Counted from the first letter of the stretch, positions 14,880-27,399 are shown. The stretch is DNA of 64,000 nucleotides from Epiperipatus broadwayi (GCA_028023455.1 JAQFVV010000004.1:15810001-15874000); one strand, 5' to 3'. Numbers and translations are program-made. Notes: generated by a model not told the origin, from the sequence alone.

Positions 14880-15440
14880 TGTGATGTGATGTGCTATGGA
14901 TTCTCCTTTATCAATGTCAGGAACCTCTCAGCCATTATGCACAGAGAAACCTGTTAGTCATCTTATCTTCCCTTTCCATTTCTCACTCTAAGTTTTTCAT
15001 ATATTCTTTTCTATCCTGCTCCATCCCATTTTTACATCATCTTTGGCCACTCTTATATCTAGATCCCCTTATCTTTTTTTAAACCCATCATAAAAACCAA
15101 GAACCCACTTTCTGTACAATCACTTTGTTTATATTTATTCTCCCATAACTTCATTATTTGTAGTAAGCATTTACATTCCATTAGCAGATGCATAATATTT
15201 TCCATGCCTTCCTTGTGTAACTTGCAGACTAAATCACACACATTTCTCCATTTATGCGTATAATTTCCTTGTTGCTAAAGATCCAGTTCAAGTCCCAAGC
15301 AGCAAACTACTTTCCTTGCTATTATCATTCAATATTCTCTTTACTTCTATATATTTAAACTGTTTTTCCTCTCCATACTAGTTCTCTATCCCTATTTTTT
15401 ATTAATGTATTTATTCTTCTATCCCATTCTTTGCCACTGT
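14880..15440 (-). mobile_element. 3' fragment of the LINE family seen at 61-64 kb, with (CACAT)n tail
   Basis: VCKLHKEGMENIMHLLMECKC parallels VCKLCKESIENIRHLLIQCKC at 63.9 kb (C-terminal CCHC). Confidence 0.8.
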
Positions 15441-15446
15441 AACCCT

Positions 15447-15770
15447 CAAAAGTAAATTCTCTATACAATAATGCCACCAAGTGCAAGTCTTTGTAATCAA
15501 TGGATGCAGGAGGGTTTGTGCATAAAATCCCTATCTAGCACCTACTCATCCAATATATCCAGACTAGTTTCTAGCTTGTGGATTTCATCAGTGAGGAGCC
15601 CTGGATTTGAGAGCACTGTGCCTAGATCTTGGGATGAGTAGGCACTAGATAGGGATTTATGCTGCATCCATTGTTTACAAAGGATTGCACTTCATGGTAC
15701 TACTGTATTGAGAGTTTGCTATTATTATTAACATATCTGTGTAGTATATGAAATGGTGATCATGTGATAT
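15447..15770. mobile_element. Family A fold-back HHR element (PLE pLTR/retrozyme-like)
   Basis: Inverted arms, HHR at 15557-15597 on minus strand, 3' tail ggtgatcatgtgat. Confidence 0.85.
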
Positions 15771-15839
15771 TTTGATGGTTTTATAACTAACTACAAAAGA
15801 AGTAGTAAAAAATGTTTCCATTTATAAGAGTAAAATTCA

Positions 15840-16330
15840 ATATTATAAAGACTATGGAAGTAAAAAAAAAATCAGTCAAATAAATCTAGAAAATGAATTT
15901 ACCAAGAAACAGATGAAGGTATTATACAGTCTAGAAAAGCCAATGTGACATTCAAATGCAGAGTATAAATGGATAGTAAAGCATAGTAAAGAAAAGCTTG
16001 TCAAAACTGTGAACTACCAGCTAAAATAAATGAGAGATAGATTGTCAGAATATATCAGATGCCATCATATTTCTGCTCATATATGACACTTTGTTAGAAG
16101 ATTATTTTAATAAAGCCCAAGGAAAATGATTAGAAAACATAGAATGATAAAAAAATACGATAATGAAATAAATTAAGAAAAATTGTGTTTCAAATGAGTT
16201 TTAAAAATATTCTTAGATCAATCAGGGGAAATGTGAAATAGATATTTCATGTAGTTAGCAAAGAAAGAGGCTAATTTAACATTATACAATAAATTAAATC
16301 TAGCAAGGTAATAAAGTCAGTTAAATATTT
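15840..16330 (+). mobile_element. Decayed LINE RT fragment (RTE-like)
   Basis: aaagcccaaggaaaa (KAxG-type motif) in purine-rich broken frames. Confidence 0.35.
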
Positions 16331-16687
16331 TAGAGAATAAGATTTTATACACTAAAACCCAAATTTTGTGAGATATATGCATAAACATACATATGAATTT
16401 ACAAAACAAATTTTATTTAATTTTTAAAAAAGTCAGTTATATATATGGTTTTTTTAGAATCAATAAGTTTAAACATTTGTTTTAAAAAGATAAAGCATTT
16501 CTCGGAGTTTTATATATAAATTGAAATTAAAATTACACAGGAAGTATTTAGTTTAATTAAGTTTTACAATGAGTAATTAAAACCAAAGAAATTTTAAAAC
16601 AAACTGTATTGTACCATATAATAATAAATCATTCATGCACATTACTATTGTTACTTGAATTTAGCAGTTGAGGTTAGAAAATAGAAT

Positions 16688-16726
16688 GTTCTGAAGAAGA
16701 TTGCTGGAGCAATCGAAACTGTAAAC
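16688..16726 (+). ncRNA. Hammerhead-like motif (family G)
   Basis: GUU-CUGAAGA-A-GAUUGC/UGGA/GCAAUC-GAAA-CUG-UA-AAC; helix III not closable as written. Confidence 0.5.
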
Positions 16727-18129
16727 TGTAAAAGAGGGTGGTAAATAAAGCATTGTGTAACAGTAGTAAAGTGCATGGGTGATTAGTATTATATGGTATA
16801 CACTTGGCAATGCAATAAGAAAGAAACTATTGTATATATTGTTTCTTCATTATCAGTTTCAAATAATTGATTAGTTCTAATATAATAATTAATTTTAACA
16901 TTAAGAAATTAAAATTAAAAAATTAGAAACAAACTTATGTTGTCACTTTCAAGAAACTAATTAATCCCAATACAATAGTTAATAATAATCTGTAACTATA
17001 TACTACTGTATGTTTTTTTTGTTGTTGTTGTTGTTGTTGCAAATCTTTTGATTTCTTGAAACTGATTATTTGTTACATTAGGTTTCTTTAATGATTAAGA
17101 GATTCATAGTTTTGGATGGAAATTTAATATTAATAGGCTGGCTAAATAAGTCATTTCATCATATTTTTCTTGTTCTTCATCTTCATTGTGCTTAAAAAAA
17201 TAGCAATGAGTGACTTCACTATGAATACAAATCACTTTAAGTGAACTGTGATTTTTTTAATGCATTCTTAGTTTGTTTAGATATTGCTCTGCAAAAAGCC
17301 AATTCCATTAAGAATAGTCTCAAATCGCAGATAATCAACTGTAAGCTAATCACTAACTCTTCTGTCTGCATCACTGAGTGCTATCTTGACATTATTTCAT
17401 TTAGAGAAAAAAGGTCATGATTTATTTTTTGCCTGTCATGATTATAAATATAAAAAAAGCATCATGCATGTACACTTAAACTCGTAAATTTTGTCTTCAA
17501 ACAAAATCTTACTGATTTTTAATTTAAAAAAAGAAAAGAGGTACAATAGTATTTCCTAGGACTTAAATTTAAATTTTAAAAAAAGGCAGTAAATTTACCA
17601 TGTTAGCTTATGCATGCTTAGGAGAATCCTATCCACATTCATTTACCATATAAATCATCATACATTAATAACAACTGCAATGATAAAAACACTTGGATGA
17701 TAATGGTACAATGAGTAATCAAAGATGCACCCATTAACAACCAGTTTTTTTTAATTATATAAATTATAATGAGATGAGTATTAGCTAAATAAAATTGGCC
17801 TTATGTTCAAATTATATACAATGATGTTAATTCATGTGTCCATTTTATTAGTCATATATATGAGTATGTTTGTGCATACCCACGAGCATAAATATCTACA
17901 TCTACAGCAATATCTAGATTATTTAGGAAAATGATACATTTAATTTGGGGCATCACTCTTTATCTTTAAAACATCTTTATTTACCTCCAATCAAAACCCA
18001 GAAGAAATAAATAAACTCCATTTAATCTTAACGTTAAAATTCAGACCTTTACACGACCCACCACTCTCAGTGCCATCTCATATTGCTGACCCACCTAAAT
18101 CACACACATGTTGAAAAGATAAATAATCA

Positions 18130-18171
18130 CCAATATACGTATTTCATGCTAAACCAGCAATCATCAGTTGG
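18130..18171 (-). ncRNA. Type I hammerhead ribozyme (family B)
   Basis: CCAA-CUGAUGA-U-UGCU/gguuu/AGCA-U-GAAA-UACGUA-UA-UUGG. Confidence 0.7.
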
Positions 18172-18409
18172 TCTAGATTACTATCCTCACACATATATAT
18201 ATAATCAGTACTCATATACATATATAAAGTAATACATTGTACAGGCTTAAACCTGCATTTATATATGTACGGGGTTCGAACTCAGACTTTCACACAACCC
18301 ACCACTCTCAGTGCCATCTCATATTGCTGATCCATTTGATCACACACATGTTCAAAGATAGCTGAGTACTGATTATATATATATATATATGTGAGGATAG
18401 TAATCTAGA

Positions 18410-18451
18410 CCAACTGATGATTGCTGGTTTAGCATGAAATACGCATATTGG
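18410..18451 (+). ncRNA. Type I hammerhead ribozyme (family B)
   Basis: Same motif on plus strand with UACGCA in helix III. Confidence 0.65.
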
Positions 18452-19012
18452 TGATTATTTACCTTTGAACATATGTGTGATCAAGTGGGTCAGCAATATG
18501 AGATGGCACTGAGAGTGGTGGGTCGTGTGAAGGTCTGAGTTCGAGTCCCGCATGTGTTACATATATAAATGCAGGTTTAAACCTGTACAATGTATTCATA
18601 ACGTTAAAGTAAATAATTTAAGTATATAGTGCAATCAAAAAAAAAAAGATTCATAATTTAGCAAAGTAACAAATTTAATGGATGTAAAAGTATTAATATA
18701 TATAGTGTATACGAGTTTGCTATTCATATATAAAATGTAATATGATAAAATAATTTAATTTTTAGTTTAGTAATTCTAAATATTATTATATTTTCATTTA
18801 TCATTGTCAAACTCCCTCCACTCACAACTTTGACCCCATCCATTTCAGATAAATACAATAATGATTATTATTAATCATTTTCGAAATTAGAGATTATCTC
18901 TAGCACATATATAAACTTTAAACCTCAGTTAAAGATTAATATATCTGATTTTTTTTTAAATTTACACACACACAGAGTTATTCACCTTTCTTTTTCCCAT
19001 GTGTAATATCTT

Positions 19013-19290
19013 TATAGATATAATAAACACCTCCATACTTCCCCATTCTTTTTAAATTCATATAAATAAAGATACAATAAAAGACAAATGACCCCCAAGA
19101 TGTAACAATTTACTCTAGATAAGTACTCTTCATATAATAGAGATATATATGAGAGATAATGACCTGGGCCAACTGATGAGTGCTGGTTCAGCACGAAATG
19201 CATCTTGAGGGTCATTTGTCTTTTATTGTATCTTTATTTATATGAATTTAAAAAGAATGGGGAAGTATGGATGTGTTTATTATATCTATA
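19013..19290. mobile_element. Family C fold-back element with HHR in the loop
   Basis: About 90-bp near-perfect inverted arms at 19013-19102 and 19201-19290. Confidence 0.85.
19169..19207 (+). ncRNA. Type I hammerhead ribozyme (family C), canonical core
   Basis: CAA-CUGAUGA-GUGCUG/GUU/CAGCAC-GAAA-UGCA-UC-UUG; palindrome AUGCAU. Confidence 0.8.
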
Positions 19291-19647
19291 ATTCTAAATA
19301 TCTGGAAAGTTTAATTATTATTTTCCAGCATAGATTAATATTTAGAATACCAATCCAAAGAAATATATATGATAAAGCAAAATTGTACATAATGTAAGCG
19401 AATAGATTAAAATAATTTGAGACTTGTAAACGTCTGGTATTAATTCCATTAAATATTTGATAGTTAAATTTAAACAAATTATATCTAATCAAAATATATA
19501 ATAATGAATCTTTTCTTGTTCCAATAATTTTCTGTGTCCATGTTTGTAGTAACTATTTTTTTAAATTAGCAGATAAATTTACTATTGATTTTCCACTTTA
19601 AATATTAAATGATTTTCACATTATCTTCATATAATCAGCTTTTGTAA

Positions 19648-19725
19648 GCGTTGGTGGCCTAGCGGCTAGCATAGCTGCCTTCTAAGCATCCGGTCCGGGT
19701 TCGCTTCCCGGTCAATGCTTTGACA
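19648..19725 (+). pseudogene. tRNA-Gly(TCC)-like pseudogene or SINE member (anticodon now TCT)
   Basis: GCGTTGG acceptor and GCTGCCTTCYAAGC arm typical of metazoan tRNA-Gly(TCC); T-loop TTCGCTT; tttgaca tail like the SINE. Confidence 0.7.
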
Positions 19726-20219
19726 GATAAACAAAACAAATCAATCTTATTTTTCACAGATAATATGTATAATTAAATAGATCATATATCAAATCCAACT
19801 TAACAATATCTAATATTTATTACATATATATAGTGCATATATTTTTTATGCAACCATGTAATCTACTTATTACAATCTGTTGCCTTATTATTTTAGCTTT
19901 ATTAGATTTTAATTTACAAAATAAATATTTTGAGCTATAACAAAATAACTAGTAATATTAAAACATAATAAAACACAGCTCGTTAATTTAATAAGAATGA
20001 TACAAAATATATATTAAATTATAGCAAATTTTTAATATAAAATATATATAGAAATTTGAGGCAAAAATTGTTAGAACATTTCTATTCAGAATATTCTAAA
20101 GAAACTTTTAAAAATTAAAAATAAATTATTATTTTGTAGCTAAGAATATGATGCATACGCCTTGAAAGCCTCATCTTTTATTTATTGATTGATTTATAAG
20201 AGTACTTTATATACAGGGT

Positions 20220-20500
20220 ATATGAGCACAGACTTTCACATGACCCACCACTCTCCACTCCATCTCATAACACTGATACACTTGAACCCATATATGTCGA
20301 AAAGATAAATAATCACCAATTTACGTATTTCATGCTAAACCAGCAATCATCAGTTGGTCCAGATTATCATCTCTACACATCTATGCAATAAGTGCTCAGA
20401 TATATATTAAGATAGCCAATCTTCATACTCTAATGGACAGGCTTCAATCCACTCCACTTTCCAACTTTTCAACCGTCCGCTTCTCCTGCCAGCACCTCAA
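20220..20500 (-). mobile_element. Family B pLTR copy with damaged HHR (20316-20357)
   Basis: Homologous to 18040-18200; cleavage triplet mutated to AAA. Confidence 0.8.
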
Positions 20501-21489
20501 CACACTTGTAATTTTGTTATAATACACAGTGTAACTAAAATATCTGAATTACTTTAATGAAATGAGTATATTTTAATAATACACATTAATTCTTCGGTAT
20601 CCACGAATGCCTGTCTATGTGAGTAATATTAAAATCATTTCAACCATTTCTTCATCTTGAATATTCAGTGTGCAATCGGATTATTACCTGCACTCTTCAT
20701 CTTAGTATAATTTTGAACTGTCTTTTTCATAATTATATTATTCAACTTTTTTTAAAATTACATTTGTTAATGTTTTAATATGTGCATTTTAAAAACTAAA
20801 TTGTATCATAGATATGAGCATAAATGTTAGCCATGTATATTATCCATGCTTTCAGAGAAGCATGAAAAGGCTTGAAAATAAATGCAGTGAATATGAGAAC
20901 TGCTATAATAAATTATATAAACTTACTATATTAAACAACTGAAACTTGTAATGTAAAAGTGAGGGCATTGTTGCACCTTTTCATGAGTCCAGTAAAGAGA
21001 TCTCCAGCTTTCCAATCCATATATTTAATAATATAATGCTCTACCCATTCAGATAATAAAAAAATGTCAATGTCATTAAAAGTATAAATTTGTTGTATAT
21101 TAAAAATAAATGAAACACTACAAAATAAAAAGTAATGGCGAATTAAAGATTTTTGTGAGAATTGTTTTAAAAAAAAGATTATTTTCATGAATATTTGGGG
21201 AAGAAAAATCCATACCCTATAATATAAAGATATCTGATATAATCAGCAAACTAAAAATTAGTATAAATGTAGTCATGATCATATTTAAACAATAGACCAG
21301 CAAGTGAAAACAAAAACAATGAAAGTTGAATTTCAAATCATGTCTAAACATTTTAAAAACATGTGTAATCTATATTACTACAAAAGGTTACTAAATATTA
21401 CAAATTTTGTACAAAACATTAGATATCTTCTTCAAATCAAAAAGCCAAACCATATGCTAATTAATATCATCATATTCACATATTAGTGA

Positions 21490-24330
21490 TCTATTACAGA
21501 ATAAACATCTACCAAGTTTAATCCATATTTTCCCTCTTACATCACATTAGCAAACATTCTTGTTTCATCCATTCATCTCATATGATATCTTTTTAGGTCT
21601 TCTACAATCTTTTGAAATCCAGTTTAAATCTTTACCCATTCATTTATTATCATTTCTTCTAAAAGTATATCTAATGAGCACTATTTGGTTTCTTAATTCT
21701 TTCAATGATGTCAAGAATAAATGATAGGCATTAATTCTTTCATTCCATATCTTTCATTTTGATATCTTCTTATTTACTTTTAAAATACATTTTCCCTACC
21801 TTGCTGAGTGATTTGAAGTCTATATTTTTCTTCTGTTAAGTGCTCAAATCTATATCTTTACATAAGGATAGCGAAACACATAGGTATATTTATTTTTGAT
21901 TTTGTTCTACCACAAGAACCCCAACCAAATTTAATTCTATGATTAATTTTATCCATTATATTTCACTTATATTTAAGTCTAAAAAATATATATTTGTTAT
22001 TGTTATTTTCTAGTTCGTGATTACCAATCTTCATTTTCATTGGAGGAAATTCATTGAACATTACTTTAGCTTTTTAGCATGTATCTTTAGCCTTATTTTT
22101 TGTATTTTTTATGATAACTTTTGCAATATTTCATAAAGTTCTGAAACATTATTTGCTAAAACAATAACATCAGTTGTAAATTCTAAATAACTTAAATAAT
22201 TTCCATTTACTTTTACTGTCAAATACTTCTTGCAAAACAGGTTTAAACGTTTTGGAGATATAAAGACATTCTATTGTACACCTCAACGTTAAAGGTCTGA
22301 AGTTTATTTCTTGACAATCCAAAATTCTAATCACTGTGGAAAATGTTTATAGAATTAAATATCTTTTCATAATTTATAGTGATCATTTGTATTCTTTGGT
22401 TCTTTTTATAACTTTTTTTAGTGTCTGGATGTGATTCTGTGTGCTAAACCACTTTTAAATCAAGCTTTTTTGTTGTTGTTGATAGGAATCCAAAGTTCAC
22501 TATAGATGAGTTGTAAGTTTTATGACAAATATTTTGTATAAAACTGATAAAAATTGATAAATCTGCAATTTCTAATATCTTATTTATAACCTTTCTTTAA
22601 ATATCAACATTTGTACTGCATTCTTCTGATTATCTGGTATATATTTATTTATACATTTGTTATATAACTTCGCCAACAATTTTTGTTTATTTTTTCACTT
22701 GCTTCTTTTACGTAACAAGAATAATTTTATCATTCCCTAAAGTTTTTCCCTTCTTCATAAATTTACTTGCACATCTCACCTCTTTATTTAAAATGCTTGG
22801 CAGTTCAAATGTAAACTTCACATAATCACCATTTCTTATGCTTTCTCAAGCTGTTAAAACAGAGGCAAAGCTCTCTATACAGTAATGCCACCCAGTGCAA
22901 GCCAGAGTAATCAATGGATGCAAGAAAGTCGGTGCATAAATCCACAGCTAGTCTGGGGATATTGGATGAGTAGGCACTAGATAGAGATTTTATGCACAAA
23001 CCTTCTTGCATCCATTGACTAATTTGGCTTGCACTGAGTGGTGCTACTGTATGGAAAGTTTTTGCATCAGTTCAGATGTAGTAATTGTAGGGTATATTTT
23101 GTTTTATTGGTTTTTATTACTACATTCTTTATAGAATTTTTTCATTCATATCATAGTGTCATTTCTCTTATTTGTAATATGTCCATCTTTTTTTCCTTAA
23201 TGCTGAAATAACTTTCCTTTCAATACCAAGATTTGTTTTATATTTTTGTGACTTTTATTATCTTCTATACTTTTCCTTGCCAATTCAAAATTTTATTTTT
23301 TATATTATTATTAACTCTTGTACGTATTAATTTACGAAACTAGCTATTCATTCATATTCCTTCTTTTTTTCATACATTGCCGTCTTAATAGAAAATTATT
23401 GATATATTACTGGAAGGCAAGGGTTGTATTAATTATCTTTCTTGCAGCTCTCATTAGAATATCAGATATCTTCTTATTGATGTCAGGCAAATCTGAATCA
23501 TTTTTAAAGACCATTAAAGTTTTAAAATGATTTTTAAGTTCTAATTTAAATTCATTGAAGTTTTTCTGAAGATTATGAATATCAATTGTTAATAATATTT
23601 TTTATAATAGTTTTTATCTCTAGTTTTGTATTTAATACATATCTCATATCTCATTAATCAATGATAATTTTTTTTTGTTAGTCAAAATATAATCCAATTT
23701 TGCTATACCTTTATTTTTATGTGTCCATGACTCTTTCATTTAGCATTTTCTTAAAAAAATAGAATTTATAATATGCAATTTTTCTTTTTCTGCAAATTTC
23801 ACAAGTCTGTGTTCTCACTCACTTCTGAAACATAATCAAATATTTTTATAGTATGTTTATTATTCAGTCATTAAACAATTTTAGTATTGAAGTCTCCCAT
23901 GACAATTATAAAGTATTGCTTGATTTGATCAAAAATATTTTGCACATCAGTATAAAAATCCTCCATTTACTTATGGAGCAAACATCCTTAATTAACTGTA
24001 TTTGGTATCTTTCATAGTTTGAATAGCTAATTTACATTATATGTCACCAATGTTCACAATGTTTCCATTTTCTATTTATAATGCATTCCTTTCTATGTGT
24101 GTTTCCAATATCTCTTCACCCTTTCTTTTAACTTCACAAAGACCAATGATGTCTCATTTAACATTCTTCCAATTTGAACAATCTTTCCTTATTTGAAATT
24201 GATCTGCAGTTGTAGTACATAAATAAATGGCTGCCATTTATTGGATTCACAATCAGGGAATTCTTAACAACCTCTGTTCCTGGCCATCAACTGCTGTGTT
24301 GCCCAGTGTTTTTACAATGCCTTTGGGAAA
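21490..24330 (-). mobile_element. Near full-length decayed RTE-clade LINE, interrupted by a family A element
   Basis: APE motifs DIIGLCEV (about 24.14 kb) and IVMGDFNTK (about 23.9 kb); RT-like EFTTDVIVL; RTE-type 3' region. Confidence 0.7.
22863..23066. mobile_element. Family A fold-back element, internally deleted
   Basis: Inverted arms; plus arm begins at CTAGTCTGGGG (3' half of HHR). Confidence 0.85.
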
Positions 24331-24557
24331 AGATCATAATTTAGTTTTGTATGTAATGATTGTAAATATCTCTTAAAAATCAAATATCAATCCTACACCC
24401 ATTAATCCTGCTTTCAAGAAAATTCACTTGATATTTCAGTCAAATATCAGGTAACAGAAAAAAAAGATATTTCTTGATTTTAAAGTCAGATAGTAAACTA
24501 ACAGCATTTTCCATATGACTAATTATATTATAATAACAGCTGCAACAACAAGAATAT

Positions 24558-24945
24558 ATCATCATCATCATCATCATCAACCATTATCAATCCACTACAG
24601 GATGAAGGTCTCTCCAAGTTTAATCCATCTTCTCTGATCTTTAGCTTCTCTTCTCCACAACACCCCTGCACATTTTCTTATTTCATCCATCTATCTCACA
24701 TGTGGTCTCTTTCTGGGTCTTTTACAATCTCTTGGAATCCAGTTTAAAATTTCAATTGTCCATCTATTATCATCTCTTCTAGCAATATGTCCAGCCCAAC
24801 TCCATTTCAATCTTTTAATTTTTTCAATAAGGTCAGTAGCACCTGTTTGTTGTCTTACCCATACATTGCATTTTCGATCTCTTCTTGTTACTCCCAACAT
24901 ACATCTCTCCATACTCCTTTGAGTGATCATTAAGAACTTGCACTG
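24558..24945 (-). mobile_element. RTE LINE 3' end with (TGA)n tail
   Basis: TQRSMERCMLGVTRRDR...LKWSWAGHIARRDDNRWT...NWIPRDCKRPRKRP, typical RTE C-terminus; microsatellite tail. Confidence 0.9.
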
Positions 24946-25429
24946 AACAATTAGTTTAAGACAAGCAATCAAAGGTTGCTTTTCAGTTAAAAGAAAACTT
25001 TTTGTAGGCAAACATATAGTAACCTTCTTTGTGAACACTTACATATAGAGGATTTAATTTGTGCAACTTAATCAGTCTGAATCTAAACTGTAACCAGGTA
25101 GCAGAACCATAGTGGAAAATATGGACAGAATTTTCAGTGAGATATCATTTTATTTCAATATTTTTTTCCTGATAATTATCTCATACCATATTATCCTCCA
25201 AATTGTTTAATTGATTTTATAATTTACTTAATTAGTTTGTAAATATTTCAAATAAGAAAAAAATGTATTAAAGAAAGATCAGGATACAGTGATCTGTCAT
25301 AGTTTAGAATCAATAGAGTAAAAAAAAATTTTATCAATTAATATTTATTAAACTAGATATAACTTGTTACATTGATTATTATACATCATTTGGACAAATT
25401 GAATTGTTCATTGATTTAAATGAGACTGT

Positions 25430-26130
25430 AGACATCTATAACTGGTTGAAATTGCACGATTCTTGTGGCGTGCTGAGCCTTTGTAGGATTTCAGCAGAAG
25501 AGAACTTTATTCCATGTTTCATCAAATAACTGCGAGATAGCCAAGATTTTGTCATGGTCTTTGAATTTTTTAACTTGTGCTATATATGCCTGCTGGAGAC
25601 TGAGTGAGCTATTCTTGAAAATAGATTTGCATCTGGTCAACGATAATGCAAATGAGAGAAAAATACTTAATCTTATGATGGCAAGTTCTCTGGTGTTAAA
25701 AGCAGCTTTCAATATGAGTATTGTTCAAACATCCATGGTGACTTTCGAGCTTATTAGACTTTTAATAGTGCTAAAATGAGGTCATGTGTAGAACAGGTGT
25801 TGCAGGATTTTTTCAGCTGATGTGCAAAGTCCACACTGGGCATCAATGCTATGAAACCCTCTCTTCCAGACCAAGAAGTGTTTGGTGGGTAGGGCCATAA
25901 GGTTCATCTTAATGACAAAATCAATGAATTTTGACTCCGTGTAAAGCTATTTGAGTTTTTTGAATAACTGCCTGTTGTTAAGGCCAGTTTCACTAGGAAA
26001 CAGTTAGGTCTTTGTGAATCAATGGTAGACCACCCAGTTATTTCTTTTATTGTAGCTGAAGGGTTGGGATAGGTTTATTAAATCTTTGGCATAGTTCCAG
26101 ATCACAGAAAATCCATTTTTCTAGCAATTG
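25430..26130 (-). mobile_element. L1/Tx1-clade LINE 3' fragment
   Basis: Frameshifted C-terminal zinc finger CGLCTSAE..LQHLFYT followed by hydrophobic tail ORF 25491-25712. Confidence 0.6.
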
Positions 26131-26199
26131 GAGGGGTGTGTGTCTGCAACAGAGTTAAAATTATGCCTTGTATTTGTCATTTTTGTACCTGAAATTCAT

Positions 26200-26340
26200 T
26201 TCTATATATATTTGCTATCTATTTATTTATTTAACTATCTATTTACTCATTTATTTGTCTATTTATCCACTTATCTACTCATCTATCCACCTTTTTATCT
26301 ATATAACTTTATATATGTATGTGTATCTAATGACTATATA
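26200..26340. repeat. Low-complexity (TTAT/CTAT)n tract
   Basis: Directly visible; accounts for spurious ORFs starting 26128 and 26168. Confidence 0.85.
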
Positions 26341-27399
26341 CCATATAATGCACTTTCATTTCATTCTTCAATGTTCTAAGCAAAGTTTTTATATTGTTAT
26401 AATAAATTTGGATCTTTCTATTATTCCAATAATTTAGATTCTTTCTATAGAAAATGCTTAATAAATTCTATATGTATAAAACATAAAATAGGTTTTCAAA
26501 TAATCCATTTTAGAGCAAGACTTGCCCAATATTTCTCAATAATAAAAGATAAAATAAATACACACTAAATTAATCAAATACTGGCTGCTGATGATTTGTC
26601 GTTTTCCTCATGGTTTTACCTTCTCACTACATAACTATATTCTGAGTAATAATTAAACGATTAACGATTATCTACTATTTAGAAAAAGACAAATTTAAGC
26701 TTCATGAAAAATCTATCTACTTAAATTTTGGCAGGATTTAAATCTGGATTAGAAATATGCTATATAGATGCTGTAATAATTATGTCATGAGGCCCCTTAG
26801 ATATATATTCACAGATATCATTTGAATCAAAAATTAAGTTTAGTATATTTATATGTATTTCTAAGACATAAATTGTATAGATTAATGAATAATGTCAAAA
26901 ATATAAAATAATTGTAATAATAATTATAAAAATAAATATTACATATCTCACTTTTAAATTGACTGCATTGTTAAATAGAATTATTGCCTTTTAATTGTCT
27001 AAATTATTGCTTTTATAATGAAAAAGAAAAGCAAAAATAATGAAAAACTATTACTTATGAAAATGAAAGGCTTCAACCCTTGTGGTTATTTTTCACACTT
27101 TATATTTTTAATCAACACATTCCCAGGAAACCAAAAATTACATTGTGTTTCATAAAATTCAGCAAGATGAAATTTAGGTAATTGTATTTATATTTTAATA
27201 AAAATACAGGAAAAATCAATATTTTGGTTATTTTAAAATTAAACTATGGTATATCTTTATGCCTTGAGCTGTCTTAAGAAATTACTGAATGGAAAAAATT
27301 CAAAGTGAAGTGTGAATTAGCCTCCGAGTGAAAGGTGAAAAAAAAATCTAAAATATACTTTATGACTAATCAATAATGTAAAAATTTCAAGAATACGAA

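Larger units (their letters stand above)
18039..18598. mobile_element. Family B element: 241-nt tandem monomers plus an inverted monomer, 10-bp TSD
   Basis: TSD TAACGTTAAA at 18029-18038 and 18599-18608; tcagac repeat at 18041 and 18282. Confidence 0.9.

Noticed and set aside
19648-19718. Functional tRNA gene (would read as Arg-TCT)
   Set aside because: Gly-type body, anticodon-stem mismatch, T-loop lacking A58 and SINE-type tail indicate a pseudogene or SINE
24240-24400. HDV-like ribozyme at the RTE 5' end
   Set aside because: Expected from RTE biology, but a consistent nested pseudoknot could not be built by eye; needs a descriptor search
26128-26437. Two overlapping ORFs
   Set aside because: Translation of TTAT/CTAT low-complexity sequence
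26580-26620. CTGATGA as an HHR core (also about 37552 and 9445)
   Set aside because: No helix II, GAAA or helix I partner
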